A program made the position numbers and the translations under genes. Of a DNA stretch of 64,000 nt, positions 20,338 to 30,179 are shown piece by piece. The stretch comes from a candidate division WOR-3 bacterium. GTDB lineage: Bacteria > Hydrothermota > UBA3072. The DNA lies in assembly GCA_016930175.1 (NCBI GenBank), contig JAFGHJ010000013.1:164745-228744 (forward strand). The letters run 5' to 3'. Every line of letters starts with the position of its first letter. Position 1 is the stretch's first letter. Below the pieces are notes generated by a model. The model was not told the origin of the DNA, did not search any database, and was given only the letters and a program-made list of their open reading frames with translations.

Positions 20338-21024
20338 TTAAGTATATTTTTTGCTTTGAGGGTTTTTCTCTTTATCTTTGATCTTTTGTAGGTGAAATGG
20401 GTTTACTCTTATTTTGCTAAAAATTTCATTATGATCAATGAATGGTTTTTCTTCAAATATTTCATTTGCGACTTTGATTATATGACCTGCCATTTGACAG
20501 CAAATTGGATATATGCTTTCGGCGCGAAAAGAGCTTAAGCTATTTCCGTATGACCTTACAATTGTTTTTGGATTGGCGTGAATTTCGTCATGTAGTTTTT
20601 TTATTACAAGCTTATAATAAAATTCGTCAAAACCGATTTCTTTCATTCTTTCCAATAAATTTGTTTCGGTCCAGTGTCCACCCATTTTTGGAATGCCCTC
20701 TTCGTCGAATTCGTAATCAACATTTTCTAAAAAAGATTTTAAATTCTTTTTTGTTTTGTCTTCTAAGACCCATCTAAGATTTACAACTAATTCTATAAGA
20801 ACTCTTAGGATGATGAGGGCTTCTGTATTATGTGAATTGTTTAATAATAAAATTATTGCTTTAGAGTGACTCATGAATCTATTTATGCCTAAATATATAA
20901 TAATTTTTTCGTTTGGGGCATCTTTGATCTTTTTCTCTATCTTCTTATAGCTTTTTCCAATTTCTTTTAAAGAGTATTGAAATAATTTCTTAAACTTATT
21001 TTTATCTGCATTATTTTCTCTCAT
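20338..21024 (-). CDS. hypothetical cytoplasmic protein, 228 aa
   Basis: No motif recognised with confidence. Lies 21 nt downstream of the gene 21045-21530 on the same strand and is convergent with the HEPN-like gene. Confidence 0.4.
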   Translation of the reverse strand: MRENNADKNKFKKLFQYSLKEIGKSYKKIEKKIKDAPNEKIIIYLGINRFMSHSKAIILLLNNSHNTEALIILRVLIELVVNLRWVLEDKTKKNLKSFLENVDYEFDEEGIPKMGGHWTETNLLERMKEIGFDEFYYKLVIKKLHDEIHANPKTIVRSYGNSLSSFRAESIYPICCQMAGHIIKVANEIFEEKPFIDHNEIFSKIRVNPFHLQKIKDKEKNPQSKKYT

Positions 21025-21044
21025 TATATTATTTATGTTGAAGT

Positions 21045-21530
21045 TTAGTTGTTACGTGATTTACGCTCTTTTTTTAATTTCTTTAATAATATTATGTTAA
21101 AAACAAAGCTTACTGATAATGGAATGGAAAGAGAAATTGCTAATATTAAAAACAGATTTATGCTTGTCTTTTTGGCTGTAGCTTGGTCGCCTACAGCTAT
21201 TTGACTGTTATCTACATCTTCCATTATAGGACTGTTATCGCCATAAGTAATTTTGCTTCCTAGGTTTCCGCTAATATCTTTCCCATCAAGTAAAACAGTT
21301 TTACCCATTATTTTTATGCTGATCTCTCCTTCGTTTGTTTTTATTTTTTCTATGTGTTCCCCGCTACCTTCTGATTCTTTAAGTATTTCAGCTGTTGCTT
21401 CTATTTTCCAAGAGGGTAACTTTTTTCGGATTTCGCTTGTGATTGTTTCTATTTCTTCTTGAGTCCATTCTGCTCTTAAAAATGTTGGAAAACATAATAA
21501 TAAGAAAATGAAAACATATGTTTTTTTCAA
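21045..21530 (-). CDS. hypothetical type-I membrane-anchored secreted protein, 161 aa
   Basis: N-terminal signal peptide (FIFLLLCFPTFLRA). Acidic ectodomain. C-terminal transmembrane helix followed by a KKLKKERKSR tail. Confidence 0.45.
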   Translation of the reverse strand: MKKTYVFIFLLLCFPTFLRAEWTQEEIETITSEIRKKLPSWKIEATAEILKESEGSGEHIEKIKTNEGEISIKIMGKTVLLDGKDISGNLGSKITYGDNSPIMEDVDNSQIAVGDQATAKKTSINLFLILAISLSIPLSVSFVFNIILLKKLKKERKSRNN

Positions 21531-21558
21531 TTTATCCTCCTTAAAGCTAATATCCTAT

Positions 21559-21670
21559 TCATTTGTGTGATTTGTGCTATTTGTTGTTCCTATCAGGTGT
21601 TGGGAGGGGTTTTTTAAAATAAATAAAAAAATTTGTTTGTTGTTGAATTTAGTATGTTTTGTGTGTTTTA
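21559..21670. repeat. word-repeat intergenic element (GT-rich orientation) downstream of dnaJ
   Basis: catttgtgtgatttgtgct (rc agcacaaatcacacaaatg), ggtgttgggaggggtttttt, tttgtttgttgttg, gttttgtgtgtttt. The minus-strand transcript here would be C-rich and G-poor. Confidence 0.65.
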
Positions 21671-21681
21671 TAGTTAATCCT

Positions 21682-22809
21682 TTACAATTTCGGGGGTTTT
21701 CCGATTTCCTTATCGAGTTCCTTGAGCAAATCCTTTGCTTTTTTCGATACTTTATCGGGAGTCCAGATATATGCTTCGGCTAAGAGGTCTCCCTTTCCCA
21801 TTCCGTAGAGTTTCCCCATACCCTGGCTTTTTAATACAAATATTCTTCCGGATTTCGTTCCGGGTGGTATAGTCAGTTTTACTTTTCCGTTTAAAGTCGG
21901 AATTGTGACTTTTCCTCCTTCGATTGCCGTTTTATAGCTTATGGGGACTTTTATCTTAAGATTGCTTCCTTCTCTTTTGAAGTTAGGATCCGATTTTACT
22001 CTTATCTCTACGATTATGTTACCCTTAGGACCGCCTCTTATGCCAGTATTTCCTTCTCCTCTTAAGGGAATATAATTTCCTGTTTCGACACCCGCTGGGA
22101 TTCTTACCGAAATTTGTTTTTCTTTTTTTACCCTTCCTTCTCCGTGGCAGTCTGAGCAGGCATCTTTTATAACTTCACCCATTCCTCTGCATACCGGGCA
22201 GGTGGAAACAGATATCATCTGTCCGAAAAAACTCGAACGGGTGACCTGAACTTCTCCATTTCCGTTACAACGTGAGCAGATTGTTGTAGTTCCGCCTTTT
22301 CCGTCGCATTTCCCGCACGTTTCAAATAAACGGATTTTTATCTTTTTTGAGGTACCTTCGGATGCTTCTTTTAAACTTATTTCAAGAGGTATGCGAACGT
22401 CTTCGCCTGATGGTTTATGTGTTCTTCTGCTTCCTCGAGTTCTAGTAGTTTGTCCGAATAAATCTCCGAAAATACTTCCGCTTCCGCCGAATCCGAAACC
22501 CTCGAAGAGGTCTCCGAAAATATCCCGGAGGTCATCCTGGTGGGTAAAATCCTGCCATGTGAAGTTTCTACCCTGGAAATGAACGCCTTCTTTGCCAAAT
22601 CTGTCGTAGTTGGATCTTTTTTCGGGGTCCGCAAGCACTTCATAGGCTTCGGATATCTCTTTGAACTTTTTTTCGGCATCTTTTGGATTGTCTTTGTTTA
22701 CGTCGGGATGGTATTTTCTTGCGAGCTTCTTAAAAGCTTTTTTTATTTCTTGAGTACTTGCGTCTTTACTGACCCCCAGGATTTCATAGTAGTCGTTATT
22801 TTTAGGCAT
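21682..22809 (-). CDS. dnaJ: molecular chaperone DnaJ
   Basis: J-domain with HPD ([11 protein letters not shown]). Gly/Phe-rich linker. Four CxxCxGxG zinc-finger repeats ([32 protein letters not shown]). Confidence 0.95.
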   Translation of the reverse strand: MPKNNDYYEILGVSKDASTQEIKKAFKKLARKYHPDVNKDNPKDAEKKFKEISEAYEVLADPEKRSNYDRFGKEGVHFQGRNFTWQDFTHQDDLRDIFGDLFEGFGFGGSGSIFGDLFGQTTRTRGSRRTHKPSGEDVRIPLEISLKEASEGTSKKIKIRLFETCGKCDGKGGTTTICSRCNGNGEVQVTRSSFFGQMISVSTCPVCRGMGEVIKDACSDCHGEGRVKKEKQISVRIPAGVETGNYIPLRGEGNTGIRGGPKGNIIVEIRVKSDPNFKREGSNLKIKVPISYKTAIEGGKVTIPTLNGKVKLTIPPGTKSGRIFVLKSQGMGKLYGMGKGDLLAEAYIWTPDKVSKKAKDLLKELDKEIGKPPKL

Positions 22810-22829
22810 ATCTAATAATCTCTATCCTG

Positions 22830-24782
22830 TTAATTCTCCTCCTCTTCGTTCTCCTCGTCTTTTTCGTCAATGACCTCAAAGTCTGCCTCGACCTCTCCTT
22901 GTTCTTTCTCTTCTTCTTTCGGTTTTCCTTCTGCTGGTCCCTTTTGGGCTGTATCGGCTTTAGCTTTTTGAGCCGCTTCTTTCTTTGCTTTTTCATACAT
23001 TTTCTCGGAAATCGCATAAGAGGCTTTTTGAAGATTCTCTATTTTCTGCATTATATTGCCGGCGTTTTCTGTTTTAATCGCTTCTCTTAAGTCCGATATG
23101 GCGTTTTCAATATTGCCGCGTTCCTCGTTTGAAACCATATCGCCGTGTTCTCTGAGTGTTTTTTCCGTTGTGTAAATCAGTGTGTCGGCTTGATTTCTCG
23201 CGTTAATTACTTCCTGCTTCTTTTTGTCTTCTTCCGCATGAGATTCGGCGTCTGTTTTCATCTTTTCGATCTCATCTTCTGTAAGACCTGAGGATGATTC
23301 GATTTTAATAGATTGTTCTTTGTTTGTTCCGAGGTCTTTTGCGGAGACTTTTAATATACCATTTGCGTCTATGTCGAAACTGACTTCTATCTGAGGTACG
23401 CCTCTTGGCGCAGCAGGTATCCCCATCAGTTCAAACCTTCCCAGAGTTCTATTGTCAGCAGCAGATGGTCTTTCTCCCTGAAGAACGTGTATCGAAACAG
23501 CAGGCTGGTTGTCTTCTGCCGTTGTAAAGACTTTACTCCTTTCAGCCGGGATTGTGGTATTCCTTGGAATTATTGAGGTCATCATTCCGCCCAGGGTTTC
23601 TATTCCGAGGGATAATGGTGTTACATCCAGAAGTAAGACGTCTTTTACGTCCCCTGCGAGTACTCCTCCCTGGATAGCAGCACCGACAGCGACGACTTCA
23701 TCCGGATTAACGCCTTTATGGGGTTCCTTTCCGAAAAGTTCTTTTACTTTTTCCTGAACGGCGGGCATTCTTGTCATACCTCCCACAAGAAGTACTTCGT
23801 CGATATCGTTTGCGGTAAGACCTGCATCCTTAAAAGCATTTCTTACCGGTTCCTCTACTCTTTTAAGGAGGTCCGCGCATAAAGATTCCATTTTAGCCCT
23901 TGTTAATTTCTTTTCAAGGTGTTTCGCTCCTGAGGCGTCTCCCGCGAGATACGGAAGGTTTATAGTGGTCTCTTTCATTGACGAGAGTTCGCATTTTGCT
24001 TTTTCTGCAGCGTCTCTTACTCTTTGTACGGCGCTTCTATCATCCGAAATATCGATTCCGGACTCTTTTTTGAATTCTTCTATCAACCATTCCATTATTG
24101 TGTGGTCGAAGTCATCTCCTCCGAGATGTGTATCTCCGTTTGTAGAAAGGACTTCAAATACACCCTCACTTATTTCGAGTATAGATATATCGAAAGTTCC
24201 TCCTCCAAGGTCAAAAACGGCGATTTTTTCCTCCTTTTTTTCTCCGAGTCCGTAGGCAAGCGAGGCAGCGGTAGGCTCATTGATGATTCTAAGAACTTCA
24301 AGCCCTGCTATTTCTCCCGCGTCCTTTGTCGCTTTCCTCTGAGCGTCGTTGAAGTAGGCGGGCACAGTTATAACCGCTTTTTTAATTTCTCTACCGATAT
24401 GTTCTTCTGCTGCTTTTTTCAGATATTGCAGGACTTTTGCGGAAATTTCCGGCGGAGAGTAGACCTTATCTTCTACTTTGATTCGAGCGTCATCATGAGG
24501 GCCTTTTATGACATCGAAAGGAACTTTCTTCTTTTCATCTTTAATTTCCGAAAATCTTCTTCCCATAAACCTTTTTACCGAATAAACAGTATTCTGAGGA
24601 TTGGTAAGCTGTTGTCTTTTTGCCTGCAGCCCGACTAACTCTTCGCCTTCTTTAAATCCTATTACTGAAGGGGTTGTTCTTTGCCCCTCCGGATTTGAAA
24701 TTACTTCCGGCTCCGATTGCTCGACAATTGCAACGACCGAGTTAGTGGTGCCCAGATCGATTCCTATTACAGGTTCTTTCAT
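22830..24782 (-). CDS. dnaK: molecular chaperone DnaK (Hsp70)
   Basis: [18 protein letters not shown] and [11 protein letters not shown] Hsp70 signatures. Confidence 0.95.
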   Translation of the reverse strand: MKEPVIGIDLGTTNSVVAIVEQSEPEVISNPEGQRTTPSVIGFKEGEELVGLQAKRQQLTNPQNTVYSVKRFMGRRFSEIKDEKKKVPFDVIKGPHDDARIKVEDKVYSPPEISAKVLQYLKKAAEEHIGREIKKAVITVPAYFNDAQRKATKDAGEIAGLEVLRIINEPTAASLAYGLGEKKEEKIAVFDLGGGTFDISILEISEGVFEVLSTNGDTHLGGDDFDHTIMEWLIEEFKKESGIDISDDRSAVQRVRDAAEKAKCELSSMKETTINLPYLAGDASGAKHLEKKLTRAKMESLCADLLKRVEEPVRNAFKDAGLTANDIDEVLLVGGMTRMPAVQEKVKELFGKEPHKGVNPDEVVAVGAAIQGGVLAGDVKDVLLLDVTPLSLGIETLGGMMTSIIPRNTTIPAERSKVFTTAEDNQPAVSIHVLQGERPSAADNRTLGRFELMGIPAAPRGVPQIEVSFDIDANGILKVSAKDLGTNKEQSIKIESSSGLTEDEIEKMKTDAESHAEEDKKKQEVINARNQADTLIYTTEKTLREHGDMVSNEERGNIENAISDLREAIKTENAGNIMQKIENLQKASYAISEKMYEKAKKEAAQKAKADTAQKGPAEGKPKEEEKEQGEVEADFEVIDEKDEENEEEEN

Positions 24783-25414
24783 TCTGCTTTTCCTCCTTCA
24801 TTTTTATTTTCCTCGTTGTTTTTTTCTTGTTTTGCTTCACCTTTTTTAGCTACAATTACCTTTGCAGGTCGTAATACTCTATCTCTGATTTTATAGCCAC
24901 ATTCTGTTTCTTCCAATATTTTACCTTCTTCTTCATCATTGTGTTCTATTACATGGATTGCCTCATGTTTTGAAGGGTCGAATTTTTCTCCCAGAGATTC
25001 GAATGGTTCGACATTATATATTTTTAACAAATTCTCAAAGTTTGAGCGCACAAGGCGAATTCCTTCGTAGAACGATTTGTAATCATCTTTGTGTTTTTCG
25101 CTATTGTTAAGAGACTCGAAAGCCCTTTTAAAATCGTCAAGGATGGGAAGGATTTTTCTGAAGAGCTCTTCGTGTGCAAATTCGTAAGCTTTTTGTTTCT
25201 CGCTGATAGCTCTTTTTCTAAGATTCTCGTAATTAGCAAGGGCTCTAAGATATTTATCTTTAAGCTCTTCTTTTTCTTCTTCTATCGCATTAATCAAAGC
25301 TTCCATGCTTTCGAATTCCTTTTTTTCCTCGTTTATTTCTGCTTCACTTTTCTTCTCTTCTTTAAATTCTTCTTCTATTTTATCAATATTATCAGTTCGG
25401 TCGCCTTCCGGCAT
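24779..25414 (-). CDS. grpE: nucleotide exchange factor GrpE
   Basis: The coiled-coil N-terminus and C-terminal beta-domain are typical of GrpE. Overlaps the dnaK start by 4 nt. The order is grpE-dnaK-dnaJ. Confidence 0.85.
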   Translation of the reverse strand: MPEGDRTDNIDKIEEEFKEEKKSEAEINEEKKEFESMEALINAIEEEKEELKDKYLRALANYENLRKRAISEKQKAYEFAHEELFRKILPILDDFKRAFESLNNSEKHKDDYKSFYEGIRLVRSNFENLLKIYNVEPFESLGEKFDPSKHEAIHVIEHNDEEEGKILEETECGYKIRDRVLRPAKVIVAKKGEAKQEKNNEENKNEGGKAE

Positions 25415-25683
25415 CTTTCCTCCTGAACCTTATTTTCTTTTAATTATTTAAGTAATTTACTGGGTTGCCTTTTAATGTCAACCCCAGCAACTGTAAATCT
25501 TGTAACTAATCTTAATAACAAATTAGCATTTGTCAAGGTGTGAATCTTTTTTATTTTCAAGGTTTCTTGAAGTATACTAGAAAAATAAGTTTATCTTAAT
25601 ACGTGCTGAAAGTAGGGGTTGCTCTTTCTCTTTTTTTATTGAGATTTCAGGCGCCTGAGCCGTTTAGTTGCTGTTTGTCGTTA

Positions 25684-27138
25684 TTATACGGTTCCCCGGC
25701 GGTTTTCGAGTTGTCTCCTTATTTCTTCGCATTTTTCTCTTGTTAATCCCATTCGCAGAATGAAAATGATTACCACAATAAAACCTAAAATCGGAATTCC
25801 TGCAAGAGTTCTGCGGATCCATAAGATTGTTTCGGGCGATTGTATTTTGACGGTATGATCGAAGCCTATCCAGCTCAGAATAAGCCCGAAGATGAAATAA
25901 CCTGCCGAATTACCAAGTTTTAAGATATATGAGCCGCAGGCTGTAAATGAGCCTTCGCGTCTTTTGCCGGTATTAAGTTCGTCGTAATCAATAATATCTG
26001 CTCCGATTGAACCATGCAGCATCCATAGGGCAGATGCGGCAAATCCCATTGTGCCTGAGGCGACCGTTTGAAGCCATGGGATGAGAGGAGTATAGAGATA
26101 CCAGGAGCCTCCGTATCCTATCATACCGATGCATGCTGCGACGATGACCGCTTTGCGTTTACCTATTTGGGTTGCAATCCTGTTTAATATTGGAGCTCCC
26201 AGGAGTCCTCCGAACATGAAAGATATTCCCATCCAGAAATTCCAGTTGTCTCCCATTATCGTACTGCCACGGCATACATAATAGACTGTTGTATAATAAC
26301 CGAGCGAGCCGATCATACTTGTGCTTAAATTGAAAGCGAAACCGAAACCCATAATCATGCGAAATGGCTGAACTTTCAGTGTTTCATAAAATGAGCTCTT
26401 TATTGAAATGCGTTCTTTGGTTTTTACGACCACTTTATCATAATATCGTTCTTTTAACTTGAAAAACATCGTAATGGCGAATATTGCCATTACGGTGCCG
26501 AGAATCCCGGTGTAAACCTGAATACCGCGCAGGGTGTTTTTTCCTCCAGCGGGAAGAAGAAACCAGGCTAAATTCGTAAAACGCAGAGCATAAAAATTAC
26601 CTACCTCGAAAATTTTCTGCATTACACTTTTATATGTCATAATAGAGGTACGTTCGTCGTAATCAGGGCTCATCTCTGCACCAAGACTGTCAAAAGGTAC
26701 AGCGAAAGCGCTTATAATCGGAATGTAAATAAGTGATGATACCGCCATATACCAGAAAATAACTGAAGCTCCCAAGAATTTCACCGAAGCCCATTCGGGT
26801 GATACGGCAAATAACAGCGGGAGACCGAGTCCGCTTAAAATACCAGCAATTAGGATGAAAGGACGCCTTCGGCCGTGTTTAGAACGTAAGTTATCCGAGA
26901 TCCAGCCAACAACCGGATCTATAATTGCGTCGTATACACGGATAAGTGTTAATGCTAATCCAACCAGCCGCGGGTCGACTCCTAAATAGATATTAAAAAC
27001 TGCGAACGCTACGCCGGGATAAAGCCAGAGTCCCCACATATTTAATCCGGTTCCGAGGCCATAGGTTATTTTAGTGGGAGCCGGAATACGGTCTCGTACC
27101 GGTACGTATTCTTTATCTATATTAGCTTTCTTTTTCAT
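25684..27138 (-). CDS. MFS transporter, glycoside-pentoside-hexuronide:cation symporter (MelB-like) family
   Basis: 12 predicted transmembrane helices. GPH-family style loops (D..SDN...GRRRPFIL). Confidence 0.6.
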   Translation of the reverse strand: MKKKANIDKEYVPVRDRIPAPTKITYGLGTGLNMWGLWLYPGVAFAVFNIYLGVDPRLVGLALTLIRVYDAIIDPVVGWISDNLRSKHGRRRPFILIAGILSGLGLPLLFAVSPEWASVKFLGASVIFWYMAVSSLIYIPIISAFAVPFDSLGAEMSPDYDERTSIMTYKSVMQKIFEVGNFYALRFTNLAWFLLPAGGKNTLRGIQVYTGILGTVMAIFAITMFFKLKERYYDKVVVKTKERISIKSSFYETLKVQPFRMIMGFGFAFNLSTSMIGSLGYYTTVYYVCRGSTIMGDNWNFWMGISFMFGGLLGAPILNRIATQIGKRKAVIVAACIGMIGYGGSWYLYTPLIPWLQTVASGTMGFAASALWMLHGSIGADIIDYDELNTGKRREGSFTACGSYILKLGNSAGYFIFGLILSWIGFDHTVKIQSPETILWIRRTLAGIPILGFIVVIIFILRMGLTREKCEEIRRQLENRRGTV

Positions 27139-27290
27139 TTAACCTCCCTGCCGATAAAATTTGAAATTGGTTATTTTTTTAGTAATATTTTTTATGTGGT
27201 AGTTTCTCGTTTGCTTTAACAAAATAGTGAGTATTTATTATAATGTCAATAGATATTTAAAAGCTTTGATTAGATTTTTTTAATTTTATA

Positions 27291-28019
27291 TTATTCCGAA
27301 GATTCAAATATATATTTTTTGTTTGATACTTCTACATTTGGAGGAATTTTATTTTTTTCAAAGAAATCATAGCCTTCTTTCAAGTTATTCCAGAATTCTA
27401 TCCATTTTGATTCTTTATGTTTTTCCATATTTTCTTTATTCATTTTAAAAGGTAAAATATGTACTCTAAAAAAACTCTGGCCGCCATGAAAAGCAGCGTC
27501 TGCAATTGCGTATATTTTTTCGATTCCATCATCTGTCATAGCATAACACCCGATAGAGACGCAGCTCCCGTGTACCATTAAATCTCCTCCTGTTCTTTTG
27601 TTAATTCTATCGTACTTGTTCGGATATCCGAGATTAAATGATAAATGAAAGTTGCTTACCGGGTTTAATCGTTGCGGTGTCACAAAATAAAACCCTTCAG
27701 GAGCCTGACCGTCTCCCTGTCGTGTTTTGGGGCCAAGGGTGCCGGAGCCGTAAGTGCATATTTCGTAAGTCTTAAAAAGCTCAAACTTGCCGTCGGATTT
27801 GACCCATACTTCGAGTTCCTTTGATTCTTTGAAAACCCTGATAAATATCGGCGCGCCATATTGTAATTTTTTTTCTTCAAATTCGCATTTTAGATTTGGT
27901 TGAACCCGCTGTATTGCGTTCCTGGATCTTAAACTTGAAGGAATTTTACTTTCTGCAAGAGATATAAAACTGCTGATAAGTGAGAAAAATATAAGTATTG
28001 AAGTGCATTTCGAGATCAT
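27291..28019 (-). CDS. L,D-transpeptidase (YkuD/YafK-like)
   Basis: Signal peptide, then catalytic motif MVHGSCVSIGCYAM (His...Ser...Gly-Cys). The start is trimmed to MISKCTSILIFF..., 7 nt downstream of the upstream gene. Confidence 0.65.
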   Translation of the reverse strand: MISKCTSILIFFSLISSFISLAESKIPSSLRSRNAIQRVQPNLKCEFEEKKLQYGAPIFIRVFKESKELEVWVKSDGKFELFKTYEICTYGSGTLGPKTRQGDGQAPEGFYFVTPQRLNPVSNFHLSFNLGYPNKYDRINKRTGGDLMVHGSCVSIGCYAMTDDGIEKIYAIADAAFHGGQSFFRVHILPFKMNKENMEKHKESKWIEFWNNLKEGYDFFEKNKIPPNVEVSNKKYIFESSE

Positions 28020-28026
28020 ATTTTGT

Positions 28027-28305
28027 TTATTTTCTAAATTTTGCTTTTCTTTCTGCGGTAAATTTCCACCAGGGTTTTGGTGGATTCCCGTTACAGAATG
28101 ATACGGCGGAGATAAAAACATCCAGAAGGCAGGGGTCGTGATGTTTACCTGTCAGCTCAAGAAGTTTCTTGTACATAGCGTAAGGGTCTTTTCCTTTTAA
28201 GTCGTTTGGTGCGTTATATCCAAGAAGACGTAATTTCGCAGCAATAGCCTTTCCGACATTAGGTATGGATTCTAATTTGTCACGAGATATTCTTTTTTCA
28301 GGCAT
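28027..28305 (-). CDS. helix-hairpin-helix DNA-binding domain protein (TfoX-C/Cdd1-like)
   Basis: 92 aa. HhH-like LESIPNVGKAIAAKLRLLGY. Confidence 0.45.
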   Translation of the reverse strand: MPEKRISRDKLESIPNVGKAIAAKLRLLGYNAPNDLKGKDPYAMYKKLLELTGKHHDPCLLDVFISAVSFCNGNPPKPWWKFTAERKAKFRK

Positions 28306-29242
28306 TTTTTTCCAAGTCTATATAATAATCCAGATGCTCTTTAATCTTTTCCCAGGGATCAAATTCGAGTCCGAAGTCTTCCTTCATATCCGATACATCC
28401 CACATTAGCGGGTCGTCACTCCAGCCTTTATCTTCCAATAAAATCTTGCTTTTTGAATTGCATTTTTTTATTGCTTCTTTTGCGATTTCATACCAGGATG
28501 TAAAATTTTTAGAAAGTCCGAAATATGTTTTTCTATTAACATTGCTGTGTAAGACTTTTATGTACAATTTAGCCAGATCTCCAGCCCAGATGAATTGAGT
28601 TCCGTCGTTTTTAGTAAGAGTTATCTGTTCGTTATTAAAGGCTTTATTTACGATATTTTGAAAACGTGTATCAGCCTGAGTACGAGCGCCTTCAGCGACA
28701 GGATTTCCAAATGTGTAACCCGGTCTAATGATATTAATTCTCATCGTAGAAAGATGAGACTCTGCCATTAGAAAGTTCTCGCTTGCTGCTTTTGTGGCGC
28801 CATAAAACGTAGCCGGGTGCTGTTTGGTTTTTGCATCTACGATTTTTATTTTTTCTTCTAGCTCTTCCGCTCCACCCGAATATAAGCTGTCATTAGCCGA
28901 GGTTGAGGATGTATAGATAAAATGTTTTACGTTCTCTCTGGCGGCTATATTAGACATCAATACTGTTGGAAAAGTGTCGTCCTGAAGTATTTCCCATCCT
29001 GTTTTTTGTTCCGAATAATTTACTGCGATATGAATGCATGCGTCCTTGCCGATAATTAATTTTTCAAGTAAATCGATATCTGAGAGATCGCCTTCTACCA
29101 ACTCAAGTTGCTTTATTTTTTGAAATTCAGGAATTTTATTCGGGTTACGGGCTAATATAGTTACTTTGTGTTTATGTTTCACAAGTTCCAAAGTAACGTA
29201 TGAACCAATAAAACCTGTTCCGCCTGTTAAAAAAATATTCAT
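28298..29242 (-). CDS. NAD-dependent epimerase/dehydratase (extended SDR)
   Basis: N-terminal Rossmann IFLTGGTGFIGSYV. Catalytic YxxxK (YGATKAASE). Confidence 0.8.
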   Translation of the reverse strand: MNIFLTGGTGFIGSYVTLELVKHKHKVTILARNPNKIPEFQKIKQLELVEGDLSDIDLLEKLIIGKDACIHIAVNYSEQKTGWEILQDDTFPTVLMSNIAARENVKHFIYTSSTSANDSLYSGGAEELEEKIKIVDAKTKQHPATFYGATKAASENFLMAESHLSTMRINIIRPGYTFGNPVAEGARTQADTRFQNIVNKAFNNEQITLTKNDGTQFIWAGDLAKLYIKVLHSNVNRKTYFGLSKNFTSWYEIAKEAIKKCNSKSKILLEDKGWSDDPLMWDVSDMKEDFGLEFDPWEKIKEHLDYYIDLEKNA

Positions 29243-29273
29243 TTTCTCAAAAATTTATATTAATTTATTATTT

Positions 29274-29987
29274 TTATCCAAGTAATTTTTCTCCGATTAT
29301 TCCAATGAGAAATCCAATTGATGCGCCTATCGGTGGAATCCAGCTGTTTTTAATTTTTGATAAGGGTGCTATATCCTGAAACATTAAAAAAACTATACCT
29401 CCGCCGGAAAAAGCCATAAGGGAAGCGATAATACTAACCTTATTTCTTAAGAGGAAATAACCCATAAGAGCTGCAATTACTCCGGAAAAACTCAATAAAA
29501 ATAATATTATAAGGGATGTTCTTGAAGAGTGGTTGTAGTGTTTCAATTCTATATATGCGTTAAAAGATTCGGGTAAATTCTGCATTCCTATATAAAGGGC
29601 AAGCAATAGTCCAAGGCGAATATTATGCGCAAAAACACCACCTAAAGCTATTGCTTCGGGTACAAAATCCATCAACATTGCCATCATCTGCGCGAATGAA
29701 CCTCCTTTTTTATGTATTTTGTTGTCAAGAAAGCAGAAAAAGAGCACTCCTCCCACAAAGGATAGAATTAACGGAAATATGGATAATTGTTCTATTCCTT
29801 TAGGAATTAGAACAAAAGCAACGGCAGCTATTAATATACCTCCACCAAAAGCTATTGCAAAGTGAGTTATAAATTTGTGTGCAGAATAATCTTTAAATTT
29901 TTCGAATATTCTTGACAATATTCCACCCAGAAATACCGTTATTCCCGCAAAGAAAGAATATATTATTATTTCGAAGATTTCTTTCAT
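29274..29987 (-). CDS. ZIP family metal (zinc) transporter, ZupT-like
   Basis: 8 transmembrane helices. Metal-binding motifs HNIRLG and QNLPESF in TM4-5. Confidence 0.6.
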   Translation of the reverse strand: MKEIFEIIIYSFFAGITVFLGGILSRIFEKFKDYSAHKFITHFAIAFGGGILIAAVAFVLIPKGIEQLSIFPLILSFVGGVLFFCFLDNKIHKKGGSFAQMMAMLMDFVPEAIALGGVFAHNIRLGLLLALYIGMQNLPESFNAYIELKHYNHSSRTSLIILFLLSFSGVIAALMGYFLLRNKVSIIASLMAFSGGGIVFLMFQDIAPLSKIKNSWIPPIGASIGFLIGIIGEKLLG

Positions 29988-30044
29988 TTTGTTTTTAAAA
30001 TAATAAAATTCTTTTTTATGTCAATATATTTTGAATTTATGATC

Positions 30045-30147
30045 TGGTATAATGTTTTAGCGGAAAGCGGACTGCGGTCAGCGGATAGCTTAATATATTT
30101 GCGTCTTTGAGTGAGAATATTTTTTGGATGGTGGTGGGGCGTTGACA
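30045..30147 (+). promoter_or_regulatory. trkH upstream region with two promoters and a repeat-bearing leader
   Basis: Extended -10 TGgTATAAT (30045-30053). Leader agcggaaagcggactgcggtcagcggatagc (30059-30089). Module tttttggatggtggtggggcgTTGACA (30121-30147) followed by a 17-nt spacer and TATCTT. Confidence 0.5.
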
Positions 30148-30179
30148 TTTAAAGATGAAACTCATATCTTGTATAGTAA

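Noticed and set aside
22802-23017. Arg/Lys-rich 71-aa ORF on the minus strand overlapping the dnaK C-terminal coding region
   Set aside because: It is the out-of-frame reading of the Glu/Lys-rich dnaK tail, and it has no independent start signals.
25415-25683. Searched upstream of grpE-dnaK-dnaJ for a CIRCE element (TTAGCACTC-N9-GAGTGCTAA) or a sigma32-type promoter
   Set aside because: Only a generic TTGACA-17-TAAATT promoter was found on the minus strand (about 25445-25481). TTAGCA occurs at 25523 without the inverted partner.
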